From the NCBI RefSeq assembly GCF_031769215.1, contig NW_026783070.1, positions 1-64,000 of the forward strand: a stretch of DNA of 64,000 nt, written 5' to 3'. Below, piece by piece: positions 36,853 to 48,265 of this stretch; position 1 is the first letter of the stretch; each line of letters begins with the position of its first letter. Source of the DNA: Ylistrum balloti (taxonomy: Eukaryota). A program made the translations under genes and the position numbers. Below the pieces are notes generated by a model. That model was not told the DNA's origin and did not search any database. It was given only the letters and a program-made list of their open reading frames with translations.

Positions 36853-37250
36853 GAGATGAACACTCCAGGTAAATCTTACACTAATTAATTTATAGATTAA
36901 TACCTCAGGTGTAATTTTACACTGTATTTCATATCTAGATAAATACCCCAGGTAAATTGTACACCATAAATTCATATCTGGATGAATACCCAGGTAAGTT
37001 TTACATAAATTCGTTTACAGATAAATATCCCAGGTAAATTTTACACTAATTGATATCTCGATAAATACACAAGGTGAATCTTATATTAATTTATTAATAG
37101 ATAAATACTCCAGGTAAATTTTACATTAATTAAATTATTGATAAATACTCCAGGTATTATTTTTCTTTGATTAATTCATGGATTAATACTCAATGTAACT
37201 TTTACATAAATTCATTTTGTAGATTACTCCAGATAGATTTTACATTAAAT
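36853..37250. repeat. Degenerate ~40-bp tandem repeat, ~10 copies
   Basis: GATAAATACTCCAGGTAAATTTTACACTAATT-like cores recurring. Confidence 0.7.
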
Positions 37251-37960
37251 GATATCCTTTGTGCTGTACATACATAGTGTATTACCTACTGAATACTCTT
37301 GGTCAATTAATATCTGGATTGATACTGCAAATGAATTGTCAGTCTCCAAGAATAAATATTTCACATAAAACATATTACAGTTTAATAAGTTATTTTTTGA
37401 AACATTAACTTGAAAATATAGAAAGGGCTTTTCAACATTCATTTTCATTCTTTTTCAAATGTATTTTGTCTTACCATGATCTGTGACTTAACCAATCATG
37501 TAACACAAAGACATTTAAGAGTTCAAGAATAAGAACACATCTCTGAAAAGTTAAATGAACAATGAGAATAGGTATAGATTTTAAACAAAAGGATTCTGTG
37601 GGTCTATGGTTTTTTAAACACTGATTTCATTAAAAAAAAGTTTTGGAAAATAAACACAATGGAACACTATAACTTTTTTTTATACTAATGAAGTTACATT
37701 TAACTTAAGGATAATCAGCAATTGCCTGGAGGAGTGCCAGGTGACACACCTGAAGCGAAATTCTTCCGTTTTGGGCTTGGCCATGGGTAAAGTTATAATT
37801 TATAAGTTAGTTACAAGACCCTAGATTGTTCACCACTATAGCATCACTATATATTTATTGATTTTTGATTAACTAGCACACCTAACTATATTTTTATTAC
37901 ATCCAACATGATACATTTTACATGTTAAAAGCTAATATTGAAAGCACTTTACATATATGT

Positions 37961-40900
37961 TCATAACAACAAACTATACATAGGCTTTGTTCGTGTAGGA
38001 TTTGACTGTTGTGGAGGACTTTGTGTAGGATTTGACTGTTGTGGAGGACTTTGTGTAGGATTTGACTGTTGTGAAGGACTTTGTGTAGGATTTGACTGTT
38101 GTGGAGGACTTTGTGTAGAATTTGACTGTTGTGGAGGACTTTGTGTAGGATTTGACTGTTGTGGAGGACTTTGTGTAGGATTTGACTGTTGTGGAGGACT
38201 TTGTGTAGGATTTGACTGTTGTGAAAGGCTTTGTGTAGGATTTGACTGTTGTGAAAGGCTTTGTGTAGGATTTGACTGTTGTGAAAGGCTTTGTGTAGGA
38301 TTTGACTGTTGTGAAAGGCTTTGTGTAGGATTTGACTGTTGTGGAGGACTTTGTGTAGGATTTGACTGTTGTGAAAGGCTTTGTGTAGGATTTGACTGTT
38401 GTGAAAGGCTTTGTGTAGGATTTGACTGTTGTGAAAGGCTTTGTGTAGGATTTGACTGTTGTGAAAGACTTTGTGTAGGATTTGACTGTTGTGAAAGGCT
38501 TTGTGTAGGATTTGACTGTTGTGGAGGACTTTGTGTAGGATTTGACTGTTGTGAAAGGCTTTGTGTAGGATTTGACTGTTGTGAAAGGCTTTGTGTAGGA
38601 TTTGACGGTTGTAAAGGAATAGGTTGTGTAGGAGGTGACTGGTTAATGACAGCTGATTGTGATACATCTTGCTGGGTGTTGTGTAGGAAAGTTGTATGAG
38701 CAGTGCCTTCTTCCCTTACACCAGGTATGTTGGAAGTTTGGTCTGTTCTCACTGGCATCAAGTCATTCAATATATCAGAGTCATCTCTATGAAGGTATTC
38801 ATAAGCTGAAGCTTCACGAGTACTAGTATAAAACACACTGTCTGGAGAAGGGTTGTCACTTTTTTTCCTAGTGACCTTGTCCGTATTTGCTTGTTTATGC
38901 AACTCAGTATCTTTAGTATGTGTATGACTGTGTGAAATTGGTCCTTCAGATACACTTGGTTTTGGATTCATCATCTCGTACTTGGGTCTATTATAATTTG
39001 AATACTCTGCTTTCTCTTTAACTGGGACAACAGTGTTAGAACCCAATTCAATGGCAGGAGCTGCTTTTGATTTGCGAACACGATCATCCACATCTTTTTT
39101 CAAAGTACTTGTCTGAGTGGGTGAAAACTGAGAAATATTCATTGCAGTTAAACAAAATGATCGATCGCTTTCTTTTCCTTTTGATGAATTTGGTGATACC
39201 TGAAGATGTTTAAAATCTGATGAAGCAGTTGGATAATTCATTGATTTTGGTGGGTAAGAAAACCTTGGTGGTTGACGGAGCTGCCTTTGTCTATAGTGAA
39301 CTGAATCAGAAACATTGTGGGGGCTGCTTTCTTTTGATAAAGCCAGATCAGGTGATTGTACAGGTTCAACCAAAACCCTTGTTTTTTGTAACTCACTCTT
39401 GACCACACGATTTTGAATACCAAGAGGCACAACCTCGTTATCAGACTGCACTTTTGGTCTGGCACCCATTCTAACATTAGTTTCTGACTTTGATTGTTTT
39501 GATGGGAAATCTTTCAGTAAATGCCAAGAAACCTCCGAGAATGGTGACACTGCCATTTCTGGCAACATTAGCTCAGCTGAAGGAGCGTATTGTATAGGAG
39601 GTCCTTCCTTTATGAATCGAATGTCTTTTGAGAGAGATGATGTAGAATCATTGCTATCATATTTATTTTGAAGGAAATCTGATCCTTTTTGCTGTAGTAT
39701 TTCATGCATGGTACAAGATTCATTCATACTTTGCCGAGGAGGTTTGGGCGGGGGTTGATAGGCCTCAGGTATCAAACAGAATTTTTGTATTTCCTCATTG
39801 TCCAAAGGAGAGATAAATGTTAATTTATCATCTTCTCTCTCAGAGTTATCCTGGACAGAGCTTTTCCCACTGGCACTCTTCGCACCCTCCTTAGCCATTG
39901 CGCGCTCCCTTACAAAACTTTGTGTCCTCTGTTTTTCCCTTCCCAGTATTTGATCACCATCTCTTGAAAATTCATGGTAAGACACACCTTGTGGATCACT
40001 TATTGCATTTTTAGTTTTGTCATTCTTGCCCTTGTGTCCAAATGCATTGTTTTCACTGCTTTCCATCACTTTTGAACCAATCGGCAGTGAAGAAGAGTCA
40101 GATAGCACAGAAACTGTAGGACAGTATTTAAATTTAACATCCGTTTCCTGTGCACAGTTAAGACTGGTAGGGCTAGTTGTACGATTCTGTATTTGAGATA
40201 CGCTGTCCCATGCTTGTACTTCTTCATCTCCTGATGAAATCGATGAACTACATGATGCATTTTCACTTATTGACATTGGAAACACGGATTCTTCATCAAC
40301 AGGCATTAATGTTGCCTCATAAGGAGGCAGTTCTTCATCTTCCTCTATAGGTAATGGAGGTTGTAAACTTTCAAACTCCTCGTCTGGTCTTAGAGAGTCA
40401 TACCCATTACTTCCAACAGTATGTGATGGTATCTCAGCACTACTGACACTCATTAAATTTGACCCAACTTCTGGGATTCTTGATGCATCAGATATGGGTG
40501 GAACATTTGCAGAGTTTGGAGCTTCAAGTCTACTCTCCCTTTTGTGACTCTGTCCATGTCTTTGCTCACCATGAATATTAATGTGTGACTCCTGATTTAC
40601 TGCAGGGTCATTTTCTTGACTGCTATTTTCTCGGCTTCTTCTCCTCCGTTTCCTTCGAGGTTTGCGTCTGTGATGTCTGTCATTGGGATTTTCTCCAGAA
40701 TTTGTTGTTGTTAACAGTGCACAACTGCTACTAGTGCTTGCACGATTTGCTCTATGTCTACTTGTTTTATTTTCCTCTTTTATCTGTCTAAGATGTCGTG
40801 CATGTTGCTTTTTAATTACCCATTCATTCCAGTATAGATGTTTCAAACAGACAAGAGTTGTTGCCAGACATATGGCAAATTGAATCACAGCCAATGCCAG

Positions 40901-41287
40901 TAAAAATCCATGGACAAGCTTTGTGGAACTGTAGTTAATTTCCACATACTCTTGTATATCACGGTAAAATCCACTATTTAAATCGAGTCCACCGGCTGAT
41001 AACACCACTACAGGAATCGACAGGAGACAAGATAGTACAGAAGCAATAAGAAATACCCTTACAATGTTTACACCTTTCTTATTTGCTGCCAAAATACCAG
41101 AAACACCAGCAACAGCAGCAGCGGCTCCACCCCATACACCTCCTCCCATCTCGTGGCCCCATATCTTCTGTACATAGCCAAGGACAGAAAGCACTATTTC
41201 ACTTAAACCTACCAGTGACAGAATTATTGTCAATGCAAGGATCTGATAATGTGGAAAGCTGAACAAAAGTCTTACACGAAGAGACAT
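37961..41287 (-). CDS. 1108-aa protein: N-terminal CD20/MS4A-like four-TM domain, long Ser/Pro/acidic disordered tail, C-terminal 10-aa tandem repeat (possibly FAM189/ENTREP-like)
   Basis: 3.3-kb uninterrupted ORF in AT-rich DNA; four hydrophobic segments in residues ~15-150 with GVWGG motif; LPPY and PPPKPPR motifs; upstream 5' UTR intron 41640-41332 predicted. Confidence 0.8.
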   Translation of the reverse strand: MSLRVRLLFSFPHYQILALTIILSLVGLSEIVLSVLGYVQKIWGHEMGGGVWGGAAAAVAGVSGILAANKKGVNIVRVFLIASVLSCLLSIPVVVLSAGGLDLNSGFYRDIQEYVEINYSSTKLVHGFLLALAVIQFAICLATTLVCLKHLYWNEWVIKKQHARHLRQIKEENKTSRHRANRASTSSSCALLTTTNSGENPNDRHHRRKPRRKRRRRSRENSSQENDPAVNQESHINIHGEQRHGQSHKRESRLEAPNSANVPPISDASRIPEVGSNLMSVSSAEIPSHTVGSNGYDSLRPDEEFESLQPPLPIEEDEELPPYEATLMPVDEESVFPMSISENASCSSSISSGDEEVQAWDSVSQIQNRTTSPTSLNCAQETDVKFKYCPTVSVLSDSSSLPIGSKVMESSENNAFGHKGKNDKTKNAISDPQGVSYHEFSRDGDQILGREKQRTQSFVRERAMAKEGAKSASGKSSVQDNSEREDDKLTFISPLDNEEIQKFCLIPEAYQPPPKPPRQSMNESCTMHEILQQKGSDFLQNKYDSNDSTSSLSKDIRFIKEGPPIQYAPSAELMLPEMAVSPFSEVSWHLLKDFPSKQSKSETNVRMGARPKVQSDNEVVPLGIQNRVVKSELQKTRVLVEPVQSPDLALSKESSPHNVSDSVHYRQRQLRQPPRFSYPPKSMNYPTASSDFKHLQVSPNSSKGKESDRSFCLTAMNISQFSPTQTSTLKKDVDDRVRKSKAAPAIELGSNTVVPVKEKAEYSNYNRPKYEMMNPKPSVSEGPISHSHTHTKDTELHKQANTDKVTRKKSDNPSPDSVFYTSTREASAYEYLHRDDSDILNDLMPVRTDQTSNIPGVREEGTAHTTFLHNTQQDVSQSAVINQSPPTQPIPLQPSNPTQSLSQQSNPTQSLSQQSNPTQSPPQQSNPTQSLSQQSNPTQSLSQQSNPTQSLSQQSNPTQSLSQQSNPTQSLSQQSNPTQSPPQQSNPTQSLSQQSNPTQSLSQQSNPTQSLSQQSNPTQSLSQQSNPTQSPPQQSNPTQSPPQQSNPTQSPPQQSNSTQSPPQQSNPTQSPSQQSNPTQSPPQQSNPTQSPPQQSNPTRTKPMYSLLL
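37990..38610 (-). repeat. 30-bp coding minisatellite (QQSNPTQSLS/QQSNPTQSPP), ~20.5 copies
   Basis: GGATTTGACTGTTGTGAAAGGCTTTGTGTA repeated, in frame in the 1108-aa ORF. Confidence 0.95.
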
Positions 41288-41634
41288 GGTTTCTGGTTTG
41301 TCAATTTATGATGCCGATTTGCAACCTTCACCTGCAATTAAATGCGTCGTTTTCACGTTTGCAAACATGGAAAAGCGTCCTTCAAATGTATGTAGATGCC
41401 TATATAATGTGTCCATATTTATGTCTTTACCATTAATCATAGTTGTCAACTGGTCGGCTGTCATTGCACTGTGACCACTGGCGAGCTTTCTTGCTTCTCA
41501 ACAATGTAGCTTTTCTGCCATGACAAATACGCAAAGGTTTTTGGCAGAGGTTGCACCTGTTCATTGCTAGTCATGACGTATCTGCTAGAGAAAACGATAC
41601 GCCTAATCAATTGTGTAAACACTTTCATGTTATT

Positions 41635-41782
41635 ACATACCTGTCCAGGTAAGTTAGTTTCATTTTAATGAAAGGTTTCTATTCATTGGTTGGCCAGTGT
41701 TTACAATAACCAATAAAAACGCACGTAACAATAAATACAAACGGAAGTACGGTACTCTAACCGGAAGTTTACAATATGGCGG
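41635..41782. promoter_or_regulatory. Putative bidirectional promoter between the tetraspan gene and PSMD10
   Basis: Head-to-head genes 488 bp apart; CCAAT/ATTGG (41685, 41710), ETS-type CGGAAGT (41742, 41762), YY1-like AATATGGCGG (41773). Confidence 0.6.
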
Positions 41783-44700
41783 GCAATGATGATGTTTGCA
41801 AATTGGCGTATGATGGACAACTAGAAATTTTGAAACAAAAGTTAAGAGACAACAATGAATTGGCAACAAAAGTCGACGAGGTAATAAAGGTGGTGCTAGC
41901 GATTTAAAGAAGTTCAACATTTACTGATGAATGACAGAAAATTACCGTGCAGTTTTAATTATATATCTGCCGTCTACGTTAGTACGTTATTTTCAATTTC
42001 ATGAAGGTTCTCTATTGTCAGAAATATGTCCTTTTGGTTTTGAGACATCAGAAAAACCAAAATGGCTATCAGGTGGGTATCCTGAATTTTGAATATGAAA
42101 GTTTGTTGTTGCTCCTTCTTGGGAAGCACTTGGATGTATTTGTCCCGGATTTCATCACGATTCACCCCTCATATGGGTAACAGTCCTGCATCAGAGAGAG
42201 ATAGTTACTACTAATCAGTTAGCTACTCAGGGTCATTTTGAAGAAGAAACACGAAGTTCTTTTTGAAAAATGCAACAAAGCGGGATGTCGTCTTTTATCA
42301 TGATGTAATAGCCTGGAAGAAAGTTGTATGAAAAGTTTTGCTGACTATAGGGATTTGCTCTAATAAGGCAAGATGGTCAGTGCCCTGATTGGCGAAATAG
42401 AAGTATTTTTCAAAGCCTTTCTTTCTAATGATAAAAGTTTTTTGACCATATTAAGGATACTAGTGTATGTACCATATTCTTTTGGGTCGGAAGAGAATGA
42501 CTCGGTATCGAAAAGAAATGTAGTAATTGATAAACGGGCCTGAATGAATGACAATTATCACTTTATTTTGATTTCATTCTCTCTATCATTTTACAGACAA
42601 ACAGGATGCCACTGCACTGGGCAGCTTCAGCAGGCCACTTGGGGATTGTGGAGTATCTCTTTAAATACAATGTTCCAGTAGATGCTAGGGATGAGGTACA
42701 GTAACGCTCAAACAATTAGGGTGTTCAAAATTTCATTTGATGAACATTTTAAAGACAATACATAAAATACAATAAGACTATGTTTGATGTTTTTATACTG
42801 ATGTTATTGACAGTCCTATAAACTGTTTGTTTTCTATTTGTTGATGTGGACGGAGAGGTTTCAAGTCTTCACTGATTATCATTCAATTGAAATTCAGTTT
42901 AGTAATTGTAAGTTGCTTTCCCTGTATTATCAACTCTTTAACTTTTATAAACCTACCAGATACATGATTTTTATCCTTTAATGATATTATAAAAAAATTT
43001 CTCAATTCTTAGATATCATCATTGGTTGCCACTTATTTTTGCCAGCCTGCCCTGGCTGTGAGTCACAATATAGAAGTGATTGAAGTTCCTTTCCAATATC
43101 AAGTTCTGGACATCAAGAAACTAACCAATTGGTTCCATGTTTAGCCATAGTGTTTGGCCATACATGTTCAAAAATTGTTTCTTGATCATTCTTTAGTTGA
43201 GATTCCTACCTTTCAATCATGCATGTTTCATGTTTTATAGGCCAGGGTTAATCCCAGAAAATTTTATTTCTTTTGATGAATGTCTTTTGCTGTTACATAT
43301 GTATTGCTTAGATAATTAAGAAATACAGACATGTTTCTTGTATATTATGATGTCACACTAAAGTTTACTAATTCATAAAAAATCTTCAATCTGGTATGTG
43401 TTCTCTATTTTGTCAGTCAAACTGGACTGCATTGATGATAGCGTCCTCCGCAGGAAGGGACCAGATTGTCTCCCTTCTGCTTGGAGCTGGGGCTCAGGTT
43501 AATGCTGTTAACCAAACAGGCCAGTGCTCACTCCACTATGCAGCCTCAAAGAACAGATACCAGGTATCAGCCTCATTAGAAAATCAAATTTGTACTTGTA
43601 TGAATATATTCTGAAAAATAAAAACATTTTTTCTCTCTGTCATTTTGTCTACATTTAGTCATTCGGTCTGACGGTGTAGAAGCTTTGATTGGACTTGTCA
43701 TTATATTACTTGTTGATTATAGTTAGTCAAGCCTTTTTGGGAAAAAAAGATCAAAAGACTGACCATAGACAGTGGTAAATGCCAAAGCTATATCATTTTC
43801 ATGCTGAAACTTTTCTTTGAAAAGTTGCTGGAAAAAATAAAATTTAAATATGATTTTCTGACAAATTGATCATTTGCATCTTATTGACATACAATGTTAT
43901 TACATTCTGTGATGTTTGCTTTTAAGATAGCCGAGATGTTGTTGCAGTATGGGGCTGACCCCAACATTGCTGACCAATACCTACATACGCCCTTACATAG
44001 GGCTGCTTCTAAAGGTCATGTGAAGCTGACTAAACTCTTACTCCAGTACACAGTAGATGTGAATTCCAGGGACTCCGAAAGAAATACTCCATTGTAAGAG
44101 CTTGTTGTGTTTTCTGTCCTACTGAACTTACTATCTTAATGTGATAAACTTATTGTCAGCTTATCATACATCATTTGTTCATCCTTAGTATACTTTACAC
44201 ATTTCTTGTCATATCTGCCATCTTAAGCAGGATTTTCCATGACTCTCAAAAAGCATTTTCACTCCTTAAACTGACAAAGGACCCCATACTTAATGAAGTT
44301 TTCAACTTTAGTAAAGTTCAAGTTTTTAATGAAATTGTGATGGTAGCACTATGATCCTTGGGGATCATTTGTCAGATTTTACTGTTAGAACTATGATCCT
44401 TGGGGATCATTTGTCAGATTTTACCGTTAGAACTATGATCCTTGGGGATCATTTGTCAGATTTTACCGTTAGAACTATGATCCTTGGGGATCATTTGTCA
44501 GATTTTACCGTTAGAACTATGATCCTTGGGGATCATTTGTCAGATTTTACTGTTAGAACTATGATCCTTGGGGATCATTTGTCAGATTTTACCGTTAGAA
44601 CTATGATCCTTGGGGATCATTTGTCAGATTTTACTGTTCGCGCCAGGATCCTTGGGGATCATTTGTCAGATTTCATTAATATTCCTGAGAAAAACTCTTT

Positions 44701-45970
44701 CTTGAACATGCCAGTATTAGTCATGCAGAATTTTGCACTTGATCAGATGTCCAAGATGGCCTCAGGCAGCTATTTTGGATTGATCATTTATATATCTGAT
44801 AATATACAAACATATTCTTTAAGGGTTTTTGTTGTTCATACCAAATGTTGAGTGTGTAAGGTTTAGAGGACAGTTAACTGTGTGGCCATTTTGTAATTTC
44901 ACACAATTCATTCCTTATTGATATCGCTGTTAAAGCAACAGAGAAAAAGTCAAACTAATATAGAGCCAATGAAAGTTATCAGATTGTGCACACAGTTCTA
45001 TGGTTACATCTCATGTTTCTGTAACTTTATCAACTTCTTAGTTAACTTCTTTTTTATAAATCTGTTAATTGTGACCCCATACTATCATAAAATTGTTTTT
45101 GGACATTTTAAGACACTTGGCATGTGAGGAGGAGAGGACAGAGGTTGCTTTGCTGCTAGTGGGACATGGTGCACAGATAGAACTCCTCAATAAGGTACAA
45201 GTAGATTTTACCTAAATTCATATACTAAACTACACTAATATGTGTAAAGAAACTGCTGACGTGTATAACTCATTCATCAATTTCATATTTGATACAGTTG
45301 GATAAGTGAAAAAAGTATTACATATTACCAGCAGATTTCCTTACGAATCATGGAAAACAAAGGAACTCGCTTTAGGTCTAAAAGGAATACATGTATTAGA
45401 AAAGAAGCGTAAAATGTTTTTTATAATTTAGAAACAAATTGATATTCTCTTTTGATATTTCTGTCAGACAGAACTAATTGCCTGTGGGAATACTGATATC
45501 TAAACTTAAGTAATGAAATTAAAAAAATGAAATGTTAGAATTTTAGAATTGGTAACAACGTCCTCAATAAGTTTTAAACTGACTGTCTACTATGTGTGCA
45601 CCTTCAATAAACAGTAAAATAAAAGCTCATTCTGTAATATTTTTTGTGTGCAACTTTGAATTGTTTTAGAACTTGGTAGGAACAGAAATAACAATTCTTT
45701 GGAATATATTGTATCACTTACAAGTGAATTTGTTTGGTTACTGTATCTTTTTAATTATAAATTACGAAGTTTATATATTTTATATGGTAATTTCTATGAA
45801 CACAATAACAATATGAGTTAACTGGTAGACAATACCAAGTATTCAGAAACTGTTTAAGGAATGGAAAACATCTCATGAAGTACTTCTTTATTTTTCAGGA
45901 AGAGAAATCACCTCTTGACTTGGGAAAACCAGGACTTCAGCGATCACTTCAAAATGCCAGTCAGTCCTGA
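41776..45970 (+). CDS. PSMD10: 26S proteasome non-ATPase regulatory subunit 10 (gankyrin), 223 aa, 6 exons
   Basis: Exons 41776-41880, 42597-42695, 43417-43563, 43927-44093, 45113-45194, 45899-45970, all GT-AG and phase-consistent. VCKLAYDG, LHWAASAGH, GAQVNAVNQ, LHYAASKNR, LHLACEEER match gankyrin. AATAAA at 46209. Confidence 0.95.
44348..44673. repeat. 42-bp intronic minisatellite (PSMD10 intron 4), ~7.7 copies
   Basis: ACTATGATCCTTGGGGATCATTTGTCAGATTTTACCGTTAGA repeated. Confidence 0.95.
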
Positions 45971-46859
45971 CAGTTACATTTTTTCAAATCATCATTTGTG
46001 TTCAAACTTGAATCAGCTCTGGGTAGTGGACATTTAAAGGACAAAACTAAAACTATTTTTGACCACATAGCTGAATAACATGGTGTTCTGTCTAGAACAA
46101 TGTATTTATAACTAGTACAGCCAGGTGCTAATGCTGACACTTACTGCTATGTGTAATTGTTACTGTGATACATAATTGTATTTACTTATTGATCATCTGC
46201 TTTTATGAAATAAAAGATTGAGATTTATAAAATTTGTGATTACTTTTTCTGAAGGAATGGCTTATTCAGATATTCAAGGTGGTCACTAACAGTACTAAAG
46301 GGCTCCCCTTGAAAGAATGGATATCTTCCATTGTGGGTGTATTTGTGCAAGCCCTATTTTGAACTATCTGATTTTCAAGTTGCTACAATCACCTATGTTT
46401 TAGCTCTACTGAACAGGCATCTTTGTAGTGTGGCATTTGTCGTTTGTCATCAACTTTTCCCTTTAACTAATTTTTCAATAACAAAGAGAAAAGGGTATTG
46501 ATGTTGAGTCAGTAGCATCCTGGAATGATTGGCTACCAAGTTTGTTCAAATGAATGATCTTGGCCGCTTTTTCGAGGTTAAAGGGGTCAAATGTGTTCAA
46601 ACTGCTAACTAACCAAGAACCCATTGGTCTTGATATTAGTTAAGTATGACATCTAATGAGATAAAGGGCTATGCAGTTTGTTCAAATGAATGACCTTGAC
46701 ACACTTTTAAGGTCATTTTGGTCAAATGTGTTAAAAATTTTCTTTTCAGTTAGAGACAAATGGTCAGGATATTTAAGCCAATGTCATAATCTGATCAAGG
46801 GCTTCCAAGTTTGTTTTGCATGAATTACATGTATTTGAAGGAACATGTTCATGGTTATC

Positions 46860-47015
46860 AGATATTTGGAACCCTTGGTGCCTATTTGTGATAGTGTCTG
46901 TTGATGATTATCACATATTTGGAACCCTTTATGCTTAATTGAAGCAAAGTGTCTAATTATGCTTATCATATATTTAGAACCCTTTATGCCTGTTTGAAAC
47001 AGTGTCTGTTAATGG
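46860..47015. repeat. ~53-bp degenerate tandem repeat, 3 copies
   Basis: ATATTTGGAACCCTT cores at 46862, 46915 and ~46969. Confidence 0.7.
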
Positions 47016-48265
47016 TTTTTACCTTGTGATCTATAATCCTTCTTATATGACTTACCAATGTGACATGAAGTTATATTTCCTTGAGCTGCATTTCAACTCA
47101 GCACACTGAATGAACTCCATTTTACTACCCATCACTGTTTCTAAGAACAGCATAGCTCTTCATTATATCATGTTTCAAGAAGCTTTCAGAGCCAAAATCC
47201 AACAACCAAAAACCAAAAGGGCACAACATGGGACAATGGGCAACCTCCATAGGAAATTTGAGGATGACCAATCCAATACTGCTTTCCAAGAAACAGTGAT
47301 AACTGGTGCACTTCAATATGTCGACAGAAAAAAATCATAAATAAAATAGACAAATGAAAATATATACATTTACAGATAGTACTGTAGAATTTTTATTCAA
47401 TATGCATATTTAATATTTACAACAGATGCTAATTGATAAATAATAAAATAAACACCTTTTTATCTTTTAAGCAGGGAATTGATATATGTACAAACAACAG
47501 GTATTTCTAACAAAACCTCAGAATTACATGTTGTTCTAACTAAGCATAGTACTGACTTAGTTATGTACAGCTCTGCTGTCACTGTAGGAATACATTATTC
47601 TTTGATAATTGTAGACCAGGGCAAACAGCATGCACATCTACGATTTAATTGACTCAGGAATGCATTATAATGTTTGAGATTTAGAAGATTCAGGAATGTG
47701 TTGCAATACAATGTGTGTCGTTAACATAAGAAAATTGATAAGTACATGTCTAATATTCATATGCACTTCCGTTCATTTTAGTTAAAAATCTTGTCTTGCA
47801 CTATGGAGATAAGCTTAAAAAGTTGCAAACATGTACAAAACTTGAAAATGCAAATTAAGGACACAGAAAAAATGCTTGTTCAAAATCAGGGTTTTCTGCT
47901 TTCATTTAACAATTCATATTGAGCTTGATTGTTTCTTTAAGGTACTGAGTTAACAATTTCTCAATAGCAGCATTAAAACTAATATTTCTAATAACTGTCT
48001 TTCTGTGTTTCTGATAATTTGTCTGACTGGTTCTTTACAATTTCATACCAAATTCTTCTTTGTTTTCTTTTCATTTGGAAATAAGTGACATTTTCTTGTC
48101 ATTAAGATAGTTTTGCACTTCTACCTTGTTACTTTATCCAACAAAGTACTTTGCATATGTCTGGTAATTACATCCCAACACAATTTCTCATCACATTGTT
48201 GGTGTTTCTGGTTGCTCACAGAAGACTGTAATGACAATGATGTGTTTTGATAATGAAGTCAATGT

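Noticed and set aside
37918-38699. 249-aa minus-strand (HNSQILHK) and 253-aa plus-strand (GFDCC) repeat ORFs, the latter superficially keratin-associated or metallothionein-like
   Set aside because: Alternative frames of the 30-bp repeat already in frame with the 1108-aa ORF.
44351-44851. 166-aa MILGDHLSDFTVRT repeat ORF
   Set aside because: Intronic 42-bp minisatellite in PSMD10.
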